Under the pieces are notes generated by a model that worked only from the letters and a program-made list of their open reading frames with translations, did no database searches and was not told the origin of the DNA. Source: the human T2T-CHM13v2.0 reference genome, Homo sapiens. Taken from it: a DNA stretch of 64,000 nt. Shown piece after piece: positions 43,518 through 56,130 of the stretch (the stretch's first letter is position 1; each line of letters opens with the position of its first letter). The translations under genes and the position numbers were made by a program. The DNA lies in NCBI RefSeq assembly GCF_009914755.1, contig NC_060930.1; one strand, 5' to 3'.

Positions 43518-44148
43518 GCTTCCGGATCTTGATCCCACTATTTTAAAATTTTTATTGAAAGCTCTGCTCTTATTTTCAGCTGTTAGGGAAGCAATGTTTT
43601 TGACACCCATTGAGTAAAATAAAATTGCTCAACTTTAATTTTTCATTTAGACTTGTGTAAGCTAAACCAATTGAGATATGATGCTAGTTATTGTTTATGC
43701 TGTTAATCATTGGTCCTTTTCAATTAGGGCATGGACAAGATTAATTTTTTCCTTGCAAATTGCTGTGAATTGTCTGTGGCTGAAGGCTTCATCTTTAACG
43801 ACATCCCATCTCTTCTTAAAATGAGTTATCCACTTGTAAACTGCTGATTTCTTTGGAAGCATTGTCTTCACAAACTTTGCAAACCATTAATGACTTTACT
43901 GCTCTTCCACTGAAGTTTCATTCTGTTATTTGATGTTTGTTCTTGCTTCAATTTTAGCAGAATTCATATGGCTCTGATTGGAGCCCTTTTCAAACTGATG
44001 TCTTATTCTTAGTTCCTTAAACTAGATTCTATTCAGACATGTTATAATGAGTTGGTATGAGTTTATTTTGGCACAAAACTTTTTGATATCTATGTGTACA
44101 TAGGTTTACCAAAATATGCATTGTCCATGACTTTTTGAATATCCCTCA
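43518..44148 (-). mobile_element. HSMAR2 mariner transposon, 5' half
   Basis: TIR-like ccatgactttttgaatatccctca; minus-strand ATG at 43967 reads MNSAKIEARTNIK then a stop (HSMAR2 transposase start). Confidence 0.88.
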
Positions 44149-44355
44149 TGTACCACAAACTCCAAAGCACAATAAGGTATTATTTCTAAGAAGCTTCGCT
44201 AAGAGAGCAAGTTTTTTAAATCTTATAAAAGTTACCTTATATTATGTATTGCTATGCTAGAGAATTTGGGATACAAAATTTTTCACTTCAAGAGTCACAT
44301 TTCCTTAAGTCAGTAAAAGTGATGTGGTTACCTAAAAACTACATATGCCACCATT

Positions 44356-44359
<4 letters not shown>

Positions 44360-44389
<30 letters not shown>
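44360..44389. repeat. (AC)n microsatellite
   Basis: About 15 AC units. Confidence 0.95.
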
Positions 44390-44392
<3 letters not shown>

Positions 44393-45029
44393 ATTGCACT
44401 ACATAGAAGAGACATATAACAAATAAAGCTGCAAAAGTATAGAAAAAGCAAGAAGTAAATCCCTCCTAAATTTTATGTATTACAGAATATGTAATGTATA
44501 TTTTTTCTAAATAAGTTATTAACTTTAGTAAACTCTGTTAAAATACTCCAGAAACAAAATATAATCTCTCTCTGAGTAATTTTTATAATAATATGTTTTC
44601 TAACTGTAAAACTGTTCACTTTTTATTTAATTTCATCAATGTTTTATAGTTTTCAGTTCACAAGTCTCACATCTCCTTGGTTAGATTTATTCAAAATTAT
44701 TCTATTCATTTTGGTGCTATTGCAAATTGGATTGCTTACTTAATTTTCATTCCTGGTTTCTTATTGTTACTGTACAGAAATAAAACCAATTTTTATTTGT
44801 TATCTTTGAATCCTACTGCCTTGCTGAATTTATTAGCTGTAACGTATGTACGCATGTGTGTGTTTGTAATCTTTGCTCTTCTCTCCATATAAGATCACAT
44901 CATCTGCAAACAGAGATAATTTATATTGTCCCTTCCAATCTGTATGTCTTTTATTTGTTTTTCTTCCCTAAATACTCTGGCCAAGATTTCCAGTACAGTA
45001 CTATGTTGAATAGTGGTGGTAAAAGTAGA

Positions 45030-45466
45030 TGTCTTAGTTTATTTTCTGCTGCTATAACAGAATACCATACACTAGGTAATTTACCTTATAAGTATGTGTG
45101 CTAACTGATTGTGCCACTGGTGCCACTCACTAGGTAATTTATAAAGAAAAGAAGTTATTTGGCTGAGAAGTCCAAGATAAAGGGCTGCATCTTGGGAGGA
45201 CCTTTATGCTGCATTTTCCCATGGTGAAAGTCAAAGGGCAAGCAAACATGTGAGATAGAGAGGGGAAATTGGGCCAAATTATTATTTTTTTAATCAGAAG
45301 CCCATTCACCAATAACTAACTCCTTCTCATGATAAGGGCATTAATCCATTCGTAAGGACAGACTCCTCACAACCTAATCACCCGTTAAAGGTCCCGCCTC
45401 TTAATACTGCCACAATGTGAATTAAATTTCTACTTGAGTTATGAAGGAGACATTCAAACCATAACA
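45030..45466 (-). mobile_element. MST/MLT1A-like MaLR solo LTR
   Basis: tgtcttagt...ctgctataacagaatacc...ggcattaatccattc...cattcaaaccataaca. Confidence 0.85.
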
Positions 45467-46362
45467 TTGGGCTTCAATTTTAGCAGAATTCATATGGCTC
45501 TGATTAGAGATCTATATCTTGTTCATGATCTCAGCAGAAAAGCTGGAGGTTGGTTCCTCAAAATGGTTAAGAAAATTGGCAAACCATTATCTAGATTAAG
45601 AAAGAAAAATAGAAGACTCAAATTACTAAAATCAGATGAACTTAAGTGTGCATGTGTCTTTATGATAGAATAATTCATATTCCTTTGGGTATATATCCAA
45701 TAATGAGATTACTGGATTGAATGGTAATTCTTTTTTTTTTTTTTGAATGGTAATTCTATTTTAAGTTCTTTGAGAAATCACCAAACTGCTTTCCACAATG
45801 ACTTAACTAATTTACACTCCCACCAGCAGTGTATAAGTATTCTCTTTTCTCTGCAACCTTTCCAGCATCTGGTATTATTTGACTTTTTAAGTATAGTCAT
45901 TCTGACTAGTGTAAGATGCTATCTCATTGTTGATTTTGATTTGTATTTCTCCAACGATTAGTGATGTTGAACTTTTCTTCACACGCTTATCAGTTGCATG
46001 TATGTCTTCTTTTGAAAAGTGTCTATTCATGTCATGTAACCACTTTTCAATGTTTTGTTTGTTTTGGTTTTTGCTTGTGAATTTAAGTTTTTATAGATTC
46101 TGGATATTAGACCTTTGTTGGATGTATAGTTTGCAAATATTTTCTCCCATTTTGTAGGTTGTCTGTTTACTCTGCTGATAGTTTCTATGACATGTATCTT
46201 TTAAATCTATTGAGACATAACTTGTGGCCTAACATATGGTCTATCCTGGAAAATGTCTCGTGCACTTGAAAAGAATGCATAATTCTGTTGTTGGGTTGTT
46301 GGGTTGTTGTATGTGCATTAGATCTAGTTGGCTTCTTGTGTTGTTCAAGTCCTCTATTTCTT

Positions 46363-46722
<360 letters not shown>

Positions 46723-46975
46723 TGAAAATGGGATAGTCAAGTCTCCAACTACTATTATAGAACTATCTTTCCATTCAAATGTAAATTTTTACTTTGATAT
46801 AATTTGGAAGTCTGTTATTAGGTGCATGAATATTTATAATTGTTCTGTCTTCTTGTTGTATTGAAGCTTTTTAAATATATGATATCTGTAGTCTCTTTTT
46901 TTATTTAAAATCTATTTTGCCTAAAATAAGTATAGTTACTGCTGCTCTATTTTAGTTACTATTTGCATGGAACAG

Positions 46976-47348
46976 TGATATGGTTTGGCTGTGTCCCCAC
47001 CCAAATCTCATGTTGAATTTAGTTCCCATAATACCCAGGTGTTGTGGGAGGGGCCCAGTGTGAAATAATTGAATCATGGGCGTGGTTATCCCCATGCTGC
47101 TGTTCTCATGATAGTGAGTACTCATGAGATCTGATGGTTTTATAAGGAGCTTTTCCCTTTTTGGTCTGCACTTCTCTTGCCCGCTGCCATGTGAAGCAGG
47201 ACATTTTTGCTTCCCATTATGCCATGATTATAAGTTTCCTGAGGACTCTCTAGCCCTGCATAACTGTGAGTCAATTAAACCTCTTTCCTTTAAAAATTAC
47301 CCAGTCTCGGGTATGTTTTTATTAGCAGAGTGAGAATGGACTAATACA
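46976..47348 (+). mobile_element. THE1 (C/D-like) solo LTR
   Basis: tgatatggtttggctgtgtccccacccaaatctc...gaatggactaataca; TSD aacag/aatag. Confidence 0.92.
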
Positions 47349-49180
47349 AATAGCTTTTTCCATCCTTTCATTTTTGACCTATTTTGCATCTTTGGATCTC
47401 TAATTAGTCTTTTGTAGAACAAATATAGTTTGATAATTTTTTTATTCCATTCTGTCAATCTTTGTCTTTTGATTGGATGGCTTAATCCATTCATGTTTAA
47501 AGTAATTACTGACAAGAAGAAGCTTAATTCTGTCATTTTACATATGTTTTCTATATGCCTTGTACCTTTTTACCCCTCATTTCCTGCATTACTCTTTTAT
47601 GTTTAGTTGATTTTTTTGTAATGAAATATTTTAATTTCCATCTCATTTTCTTTTGTGTATATTCTAAAACTATTTTCTTGTGCTTACTATGAGAATTACA
47701 TTCAACATTCTAAAGTTATTACACTCCTATTTGACTTTATACTAACTTAACTTTTATAACATACAAAGACATTCCCTAACAAACAAAGTTCAGGAAGTTC
47801 CTTACCACTAGAACTGCTCTGCAAACAATGCTAAAAGAAGATCTTCACATTGAAGTAAAAGGACACTAGACAGTAACTCAAAGTTGTATGAGGAAATAAC
47901 AATTTCAGTAAAGGTAAATATATGGGCACTTATGAAAGCTAGTATTATTGTAACAACAGTTTGTAACTCTACTTTTATTTGATTTGATTTAAAAAACTAA
48001 TGCATTTAAAGAAAACAATTATTTATGTTTGGGATGTACAATATATAAAGATATAGTTTTGTGACATCAATAACTGAAAGAGATAAGAATATACCTGTAA
48101 TAAGTTTTTGATACAGTTTAATTTGTTTAGTGTGCTCAGCATTCCATCTTGTGATCTTCATACATTCTGGGTTTAATTTTGTATATATTACATTTTACAT
48201 ATTGTCATCTACAATTTAATGGGACTGCAACATTTATAAACTCATGCATCCACCAACTTAATACTATGAAAAACAGCTTCATCATTCTAAAAGGCTTATA
48301 TGTGGCCACTTTGAAGCCAACTCTTGCCTTCTTCCCAATCCTTGACAACACTGAACTGGTTTCTATCCCTACGGTGTTGCTTTTTCCAGAATATTATATA
48401 TATTGGATCATACAATATAAAGCTTTGGGGGTTTGGCTTTTTTTCACAAAACAAACTGAATTTTAAAATCCTTCCATGTTGTGTTTGAATCCATATGTTA
48501 TTATTTTGTTTGTTCAGTAATAACAATAATTTGAATCATACAGTATGCAAACTTTAAAACTAGCTTCTTTCAATAAGCAAAATGTCTTTGAGATCCACCT
48601 AACTTAGTGTTTGTATCAATATTTATTTCTGGTGTTTAGTAATATTCCATTTCGGGGATGCACCATAAACCAATGTTGAAGTACTTTGTCACTGCTACCA
48701 ATTAACATATGAATGAAATTCATATACAGAATTTTGCGTAAACATGTTATTAATCCACCTTACTAAATATCTAAGAGTGAGATTGCTGAGTTATTGAAAG
48801 CACAAGTTTAATTTTATATGAAACTGCCAAGTTTTCTTCCAAAATGGCTGTTCCATTTTCCATTTGCGTTAGCAATTAAGAGCATTCCTGTTGACTTATA
48901 TCCATGCTAGCATTTAGTATTATCAGTTTTGGGGATTTCAGCCATTAAAATAAATATGTAGTGATATCATATTGTATTTTTAATTTAAATTTCCTAATAA
49001 GAGATGATGTTGACAATCTTTGTATGAGCTTATTTTCCAACTGTATATCTTATTTGGTGAAGTCTCATTTCAAATATTTTGCTTACTTATTAAATGGCTA
49101 TCTGATTTCTCAGTATTTGTTAGGATTTTTCTTTATATATTCTGAAAAAATTCTTTACCATAAATGTGGTAGCAAATATA

Positions 49181-52100
49181 TCAGAATCAATACTTTCCAT
49201 CCTTTAATCCAGTCAAGTTGACACTCAGTATTAACCATCACAAGTCCACCCCTTGTCAACTTGAACCCATACACATCACCTGAGATCATACGTAATCCTC
49301 AAATAAAGACAATGATAAGATCATAATTACAGCTAACATAGTACAACTGTCCTTCATACAACTGGAAATGCACCAATCCCCAACCCAAATACTATTATAT
49401 AAAGGTAACAACACTTAAATGCTGATATGAAGTCAATAAATCTTATGTCACATGATAAAGGAAAATGAAATAAACTGAAGATATTTTCTTAGTACAAATG
49501 TATACATGCACAACAAAAGAAGGAGGAAATACTCATGACAGTTACAGTCCTGGTTTCTGCAGCTGGTCACGTGGTCGTAGCTGGTATTGATGGCTACCTT
49601 CTTCTACTACCCATTCTGTGTTGCCTTTGCCTTCAGCAACCACCTCAGCAGGTCATGGTTTTTTTACCTGGTGGAGTGACCCAAACCTTCATTCCTGAGG
49701 AGTCTGGACCATTTGTAGTCCTGCCTGTATTGGGCTGTTGTAGTTTTCCATTGACCTTAATCACAGGGCTTGGTAATACTAAGAGATGCCCTAATGGATC
49801 TTCTGTATTCTATGCATACTCCTCCTTACTTCCATTATGGAGTAGCAGCCTGATTTCATCTTGATTGTCCAGGTCAATCACCCCGGCCAACACTGTAGCT
49901 CTCTTCTTAGCCTGTTGACTTACAGGTAGGAGTAACCCAAAGTGTCCAAGTGGCAACCTTAACTTCCAGTTTAATGGAATTGTTGTTGTGTCTCCTGGTG
50001 GCAGCCTTCCTCCCTCTCGAACTAAGACCTCTAAGCCAGCACAACGTAATGTCACAGGAACAGGAAGCAAAAATTTTGCTAGTGGATCACTAGGGGTGAT
50101 GGTGAGTGGTACCACTTCCACTTCTACCCCTTCATTTCTGGACCCATGAAACCTGGCTTTGGGAGAAACAGTACCATATATTGGATGCTGATTCAGAGCA
50201 TACACAGCCTTCTGGAGAACTTTGCTCCAGCCCTGCAAAGTATTGTCACCTAATTGGCATTGTAATTGTGACTTCAAAAGGCCATACTACCATTCTATCA
50301 ATCCAGCTGCTTCAGGATGATGGGAAACATGGTAAGACCAGTAAATTCTATGAGCATGAGCCCACTGCCGCACTTCTTTAGCTGTAAAGTAAGTGCCTTG
50401 GTCAGAGGCAATGCTGTGTAGAATAGCATGACGGTAGATAAGGCATTCCCATGAGTCTATGGATGGTAGTCTTGGCAGAAGCATTGTGTGCGGAATAGGC
50501 AAACCCATATCTAGAGTAAGTGTCTATTCCAGTGAGGACAAACCTCTGCCATTTCCATGATGGAAGAGGTCCAATATAATCAATCTGCCACCAGGTAGCT
50601 GGCTGATCACCCCAAGGAATGGTATCATATCGAGTGCTCAGTGTTGGTCTGTCTCTGCTGCTGGCAAATTGGGCACTCAGCAGTGGCCGCAGCCAGGTCA
50701 GCCTTGGTGAGTGGAAGTCCATGTTGCTAAGCCCATGCATAACCTCCATCCCTGCCACCATGGCCACTTTGTTCATGGGCTCATTGGGCAATGATAGGGT
50801 TGACTGGGGAAAGAGGGTGAGTGGTGTCCACAGAAAGGGCCATCCTATCCACTTGATTATTAAAATCCTCCTCTGCCACATTCACCTGTTGGTGAGCACT
50901 CACATGGGATACAAATATCTTAACAGTTTTTGACCACTCGGAGAGGTCCATCCACATACCTCTTCCCCAAATTTCTTCGTCACCAGTTTTATAATCATGC
51001 TTCTTCCAAGTCCCTGACCATCCAGCCAAATCATCTGCTAGAGCCCATGAATCAGTATATAATCACAAATCTGGCCATTTATCCCTCCATATGAAGTGCA
51101 CAAACAGGTGCTCTACTTGAATTTCTGCCCACTGGGAAGATTTCCCTTCACTGCTGTCCTTCAGGGATGTCCTAGAAAGGGGCTGTAGTGCTGCAGCTGT
51201 CTACTTATGAGTGGTGCCAGCCTATCATGCAGAACCATGTGTGAACCAGGCCCTAGTCTTCTCTTCCTCTGTCAACTGATCATAGGGAACTCACCATGAG
51301 ATCATTGGTGCAAGCTGGAGGAGAGAAGGCAGGGTGGCAGGAGTGGAGACTAAATGCATTTGAGCCACTTCCACATGTAACTTACTTGTGACTTCAGGAC
51401 CTACTCGAGCCCGATCACGTATATACCACATCCATTTGATGATGGAATGCTGCTGTGTATGAGCCACTTTATGGCTAATGGGTCAGAAAGCACCCAGTTC
51501 ATGATAGGCAATTCAGGTCACATGGTGACTTGATGACCTATGGTCAAACATTCAGTTGCCACCAAAGCCCAGTAACAGGCCAAGAGCTCTCTCTCAAAAG
51601 GAGGGTAGTTATCTGAAAAAGATGGCAGGGCCTTGTTCCAAAACTTTAGAGGCGTCTGCTGTGATTCACCTATGGGGGCTGCCAAAGGCTCCAAACAGCA
51701 TACCCGTTTGCCACTGACACCTCGAGCACCATTGATCTACTGGGTTATATGGCCCAAGTGGCAGAGCAGCTTGCATAGCAGCCTGGACCTGTTGCTGAGC
51801 CTTCTCCTGTTCTGGACCCCACTCAAATCTGACAGCCTTTCAGGTCACTCGATAAATGGGCCAAAGTAACACACCCAAATGAGGAATGTGTTGCCTCCAA
51901 AATACAAATAGACCCACCAGGCGTTCTGCTTCTTTCCTTGTTGTAGGAGGGGCCAAATTCAGCAACTTATCCTTCACCTTATAAGGAATACCTCAACAGG
52001 CCCCAAGCCACTGGACCCCTAGAGATTTTACTTAGGTAGAAGTTCCCTGAACTTTAGTCAGATTTATTCCCCTTCCTCTCGCAGACAAATAGCTCACCAA

Positions 52101-52240
52101 TAAGTCCAGCGTGTTTACTGCTTCTTGCTCACTGAATCCAATCAGCATAATGTCATCAGTGTAATGGACCAGTGTGATATCTTGTGGAATCAAAAAGTGA
52201 TCAAGGTCTCTCTGAATACGATTATGACACAAAGCCGGAG
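49181..52240 (-). mobile_element. HERV-L internal fragment (RT-RNaseH-IN-dUTPase) with the first ~60 bp of an MLT2A-like 3' LTR
   Basis: LTR start TGTGATGGTTAATACTGAGTGTCAAC (minus, from 49242) preceded by PPT AAGGGGTGGACT; LVHYTDDIML, WQIDYIGPLP, IDTYS and SDQGT motifs. Confidence 0.93.
49810..50277 (-). pseudogene. HERV-L integrase C-terminus/dUTPase remnant
   Basis: LPPGDTTTIPLNWKLRLPLGHFGLLLP...VLAGVIDLDNQDEIRLLLHN. Confidence 0.85.
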
Positions 52241-52269
52241 AGTGATCCAATTTCATTGCCCTTAGCCAA

Positions 52270-52665
52270 CATGTGTATATGTATGTATATGTATATACAT
52301 ACACACATATGTATACATACACACACAAATATGTAGATATGTGTATATCTGTGTATACATACACATGTGTATGTATATATACATACATGCATATGTACAT
52401 ATGTATATACACATGTACATATATATATCTACACACATATACAAGTGTATACATGTGTATATATACAGGTGTATATATGTATACATGGGCATATGTGTGT
52501 ATATGTATATATGCATTTGTATATATGTGTATATATCTGTGTATACATATATACAGGTGTACATAGGTATATCTTTATATATACATGTATATACACATAT
52601 ATACACATGTATATACACATATATACATATAATATGTATGTATATATACTATATATATGTATATA
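52270..52665. repeat. Compound (TA/TG/CA)n alternating purine-pyrimidine tract
   Basis: About 400 bp of degenerate dinucleotide repeat; source of six or more spurious ORFs. Confidence 0.95.
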
Positions 52666-53816
52666 GTCATTCTGATGGATATGTAATGATTTTTCGTTTT
52701 CCTTTTACTGTTTCCCCTGATGGTTAATTATTTAACATTTCTCTGGTTGCTAGTGATATTAAACATTTTTTACATGCCCGTTTGTCATCATTATATTCTC
52801 CTTGGTAAAGAAATACCTTGCGCTACGTTAGAACATATGCTAATGTAAAATTTTGTTTATTTCAATGGTCCTTGCTTTCATTTCTGTAATTGCAAAATCA
52901 ATGCAAATATGTCTACTTCAAACTGAAGATCACTGCTTATATTAATAAATGATATTCAGTTGCACAGATAATACTCTTTACAAACATAGATCTGATTTTT
53001 GATTCATGGATTAATTTGGGTATTGAGTGTTTCTAGCATTTCCAGGAGAAGATATTCGGTATGGCAGGGATGTAAGCTGCATATGTGAACAAATGGGAGA
53101 TAAGGCTGGGTCCAAATTTTGATATTATGAAATTTTTGCATTATATTCTACAGCTATATGTATTAAAAGATATTAGATGGCATATATTGCTATATAAACC
53201 TAAAGTGCAATCATTATTATTGTTCATAACTATTTCCATCTTTACCAAGGTATAATTTGGCCTCTTAGCAATGTTCAATTTATGTGCCAGATCAAATTAA
53301 AGATAGATCTTCCAGGGGCTTGATATATGACTAGAAGATATCTAAAACTCCTTATAGTCTCATTTGTATATAAAACGTTATTATTAATTTTTAATAATCA
53401 TGTGACATGTGAGTTTTGTGGTGTGTTCTTTTAAAATGTCTGCAAGCTTTTTATAAGTTAATTATTCCTTCTGAAAAACTCACCTTGTAATATGTTCAGT
53501 GCCAATTAACTTTATTACTGGGCGGTTAATTCCTTCTTAAATGACAGACATTCTCTTTTACCTATTTCTTAAGATAACATATTAGCATGGAATACCTTTT
53601 ATTATGTTTGGATAATGGAATAAACTGGAGGTTTATTTTTCTTGTTCAAGTCATCAAATAGCATTTATTATGGCACCAATTTTACCCAGCTCTGTTCTGG
53701 GCATACAAAATGAATGAGAGTGTTACTGCCATGAAAAAGTTTTCACATTCTCAAAGCCGAAGACATTATGAAAGCTTGGGATGCTGAATTACGAATTCTC
53801 AACTTTCATAAGATGA

Positions 53817-54172
<356 letters not shown>

Positions 54173-54200
54173 AAGAATTTTTTCAATAATCATCATTTAC

Positions 54201-54495
54201 AAAATTAAGGCAGAAATAAATAAGTTATTTGAAACCAAAGAGAACAAAGACACAACGTACCAGAATCTCTGGGACAAAGCTAAAGCAGTGTGTAGAGGGA
54301 AATTTTTAGCACTAAATGCCCACAGGAGAAAGCAGGAAAGATCTAAAATCGACAACCTAACATCACAATTAAAAGAACTAAAGAAGCAAGAGCAAACAAA
54401 TTCAAAAGCTAGCAGAAGACAAGAAATAACTAAAATCAGAGCAGAACTGAAGGAGATAGAGACAGGAAAACCCCTTCAAAAAATCAGTGAATCCA
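54201..54495 (+). mobile_element. Isolated internal L1PA ORF2 fragment
   Basis: [24 protein letters not shown]...[18 protein letters not shown]...KISES. Confidence 0.92.
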
Positions 54496-55679
54496 TTTTG
54501 CTTTTTAATGTCTGTGCTCATAAATGTTAAAGTCTGTGAATAATTAGTTCGATATACATACACCAAGAATAAAGACAGATGATGAACCTGACACATTGAC
54601 ATAGACTTATAGATTTTAGTGTTTCTAAATGTTTCCCATGAACAAGAAAAAATATCTTAAACATGCACAATTTTTTTGCTATATGTTAATTTTTATGGAG
54701 AAAAGATAGTACCCAGCTACCTTCTGATGTACTTACAAGTTGAATTTGCATAATTAAAAACAAGAAAACACACAGAGAAACTCTTCCACTCCCCCAAAAT
54801 TGTTATGAGATTAAAATTTCTTAAATTTTATTTGTGTTTATGTATGTGTATATACCATATTACCAAAACTGTAAGAAAGAAGACTTTAAATGTGTGTCTG
54901 TGTGTGTGTATGTGTGTGTTTCAAGATAATCTAAAAAAAAGACAATTCTAGGACTTTGGTAGCACTATGGGTAGCATTTCAGATTATCACTTAGTAGAGT
55001 AAGAATGCATCATCCTGCCTAAGAGCTTTGACAAGAGCTGAGTACTGGCAGAAAAGGACATTGGTAACCAAGATACATCATTTACAGTGTGGCCTTCTTA
55101 TGACTCCTGTCAAGTTACAGCATAATCTGAAGAAAATAAACATCACTTAAGGTTGCAATGACCTTCTAAGGGCTTGTTTTTCAGAGCAGAGGGTAGATGG
55201 CACAACACCATGAGTAACTGAATATGATTGTACTGAAGCAAATTTGATAGAATGTCATTTTCTTTAAACTCTGCTTGTGAGTTCAATGTCTAACATATGA
55301 TTATTTAATATTTCTGCAGACTAAAATATGTCTGTTACATGTCTAAATTTTTTTCTGATTTACTTTTCTGCATAAAGTTGATAAAAACATATGTGCATGA
55401 TACCTATCAAAATGTCTGCCTCAATATGATAGAGATATAATGAATAACAATATAACAAACTTATTATATGTTATGTTTCTCATAAATTGAACCAAAGAAC
55501 ATTGTTCATCAATGTATGAAGAGAACTAATGTGGAAGATGTTTGGTGTCAAATCAGAAGACAGTACAATAATTTGCATGACCTTAACAAACCGGGTGACT
55601 TTTAGAGGATTTGAAATGGCCATATAGGAATAGTAGCACTCTAGAGAAAACTTACAGTTTATTTCAAACAGCAGTGAGA

Positions 55680-56130
55680 GCTCCTAGTCAAACAGCAGAA
55701 AAACAAAATGGACAGAATATATTTTCTTGAAAATCTCAGAAATAAAAACAAGAGGTCTGAAAAAAGATAGCATATAAAATAAATAATAGTCTAATAGACA
55801 ATTCTGAAGAGAATATTGATTACTAGAATTTAGAAATGAGGATGCACCACAGAATACAACAGAGATAAACATATGACAAGTACTGAAAGTCGAAAGATTG
55901 GAAGAACAAATTGAGAAGTTTCCATTTTGTCTAAGAAGAATTTCAGGAGACACAACCATAGATAACCGGGGAAAGAAAATATTCAGAGATAAAGCTTATA
56001 ATTTTTCAAGAATTGAAGAAAATTTTAAATATCAGTATTGAAAACATGTTGACTGAACTTGATTTAAAATAAACAAAATTCCTATTTAGACAAATGCTAG
56101 TTAATGAAGACTCTGCAATGTGTACATGAA
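55680..56130 (+). mobile_element. Ancient L1 ORF1/HAL1-like fragment
   Basis: A-rich with tttgtctaagaagaatttcaggaga...ataatttttcaagaattgaagaa pattern. Confidence 0.45.

Noticed and set aside
52032-52727. Cluster of overlapping Y/I/C/V-rich ORFs
   Set aside because: Dinucleotide tract artefact; only the end of 52032..52454 is a real HERV-L RT remnant.
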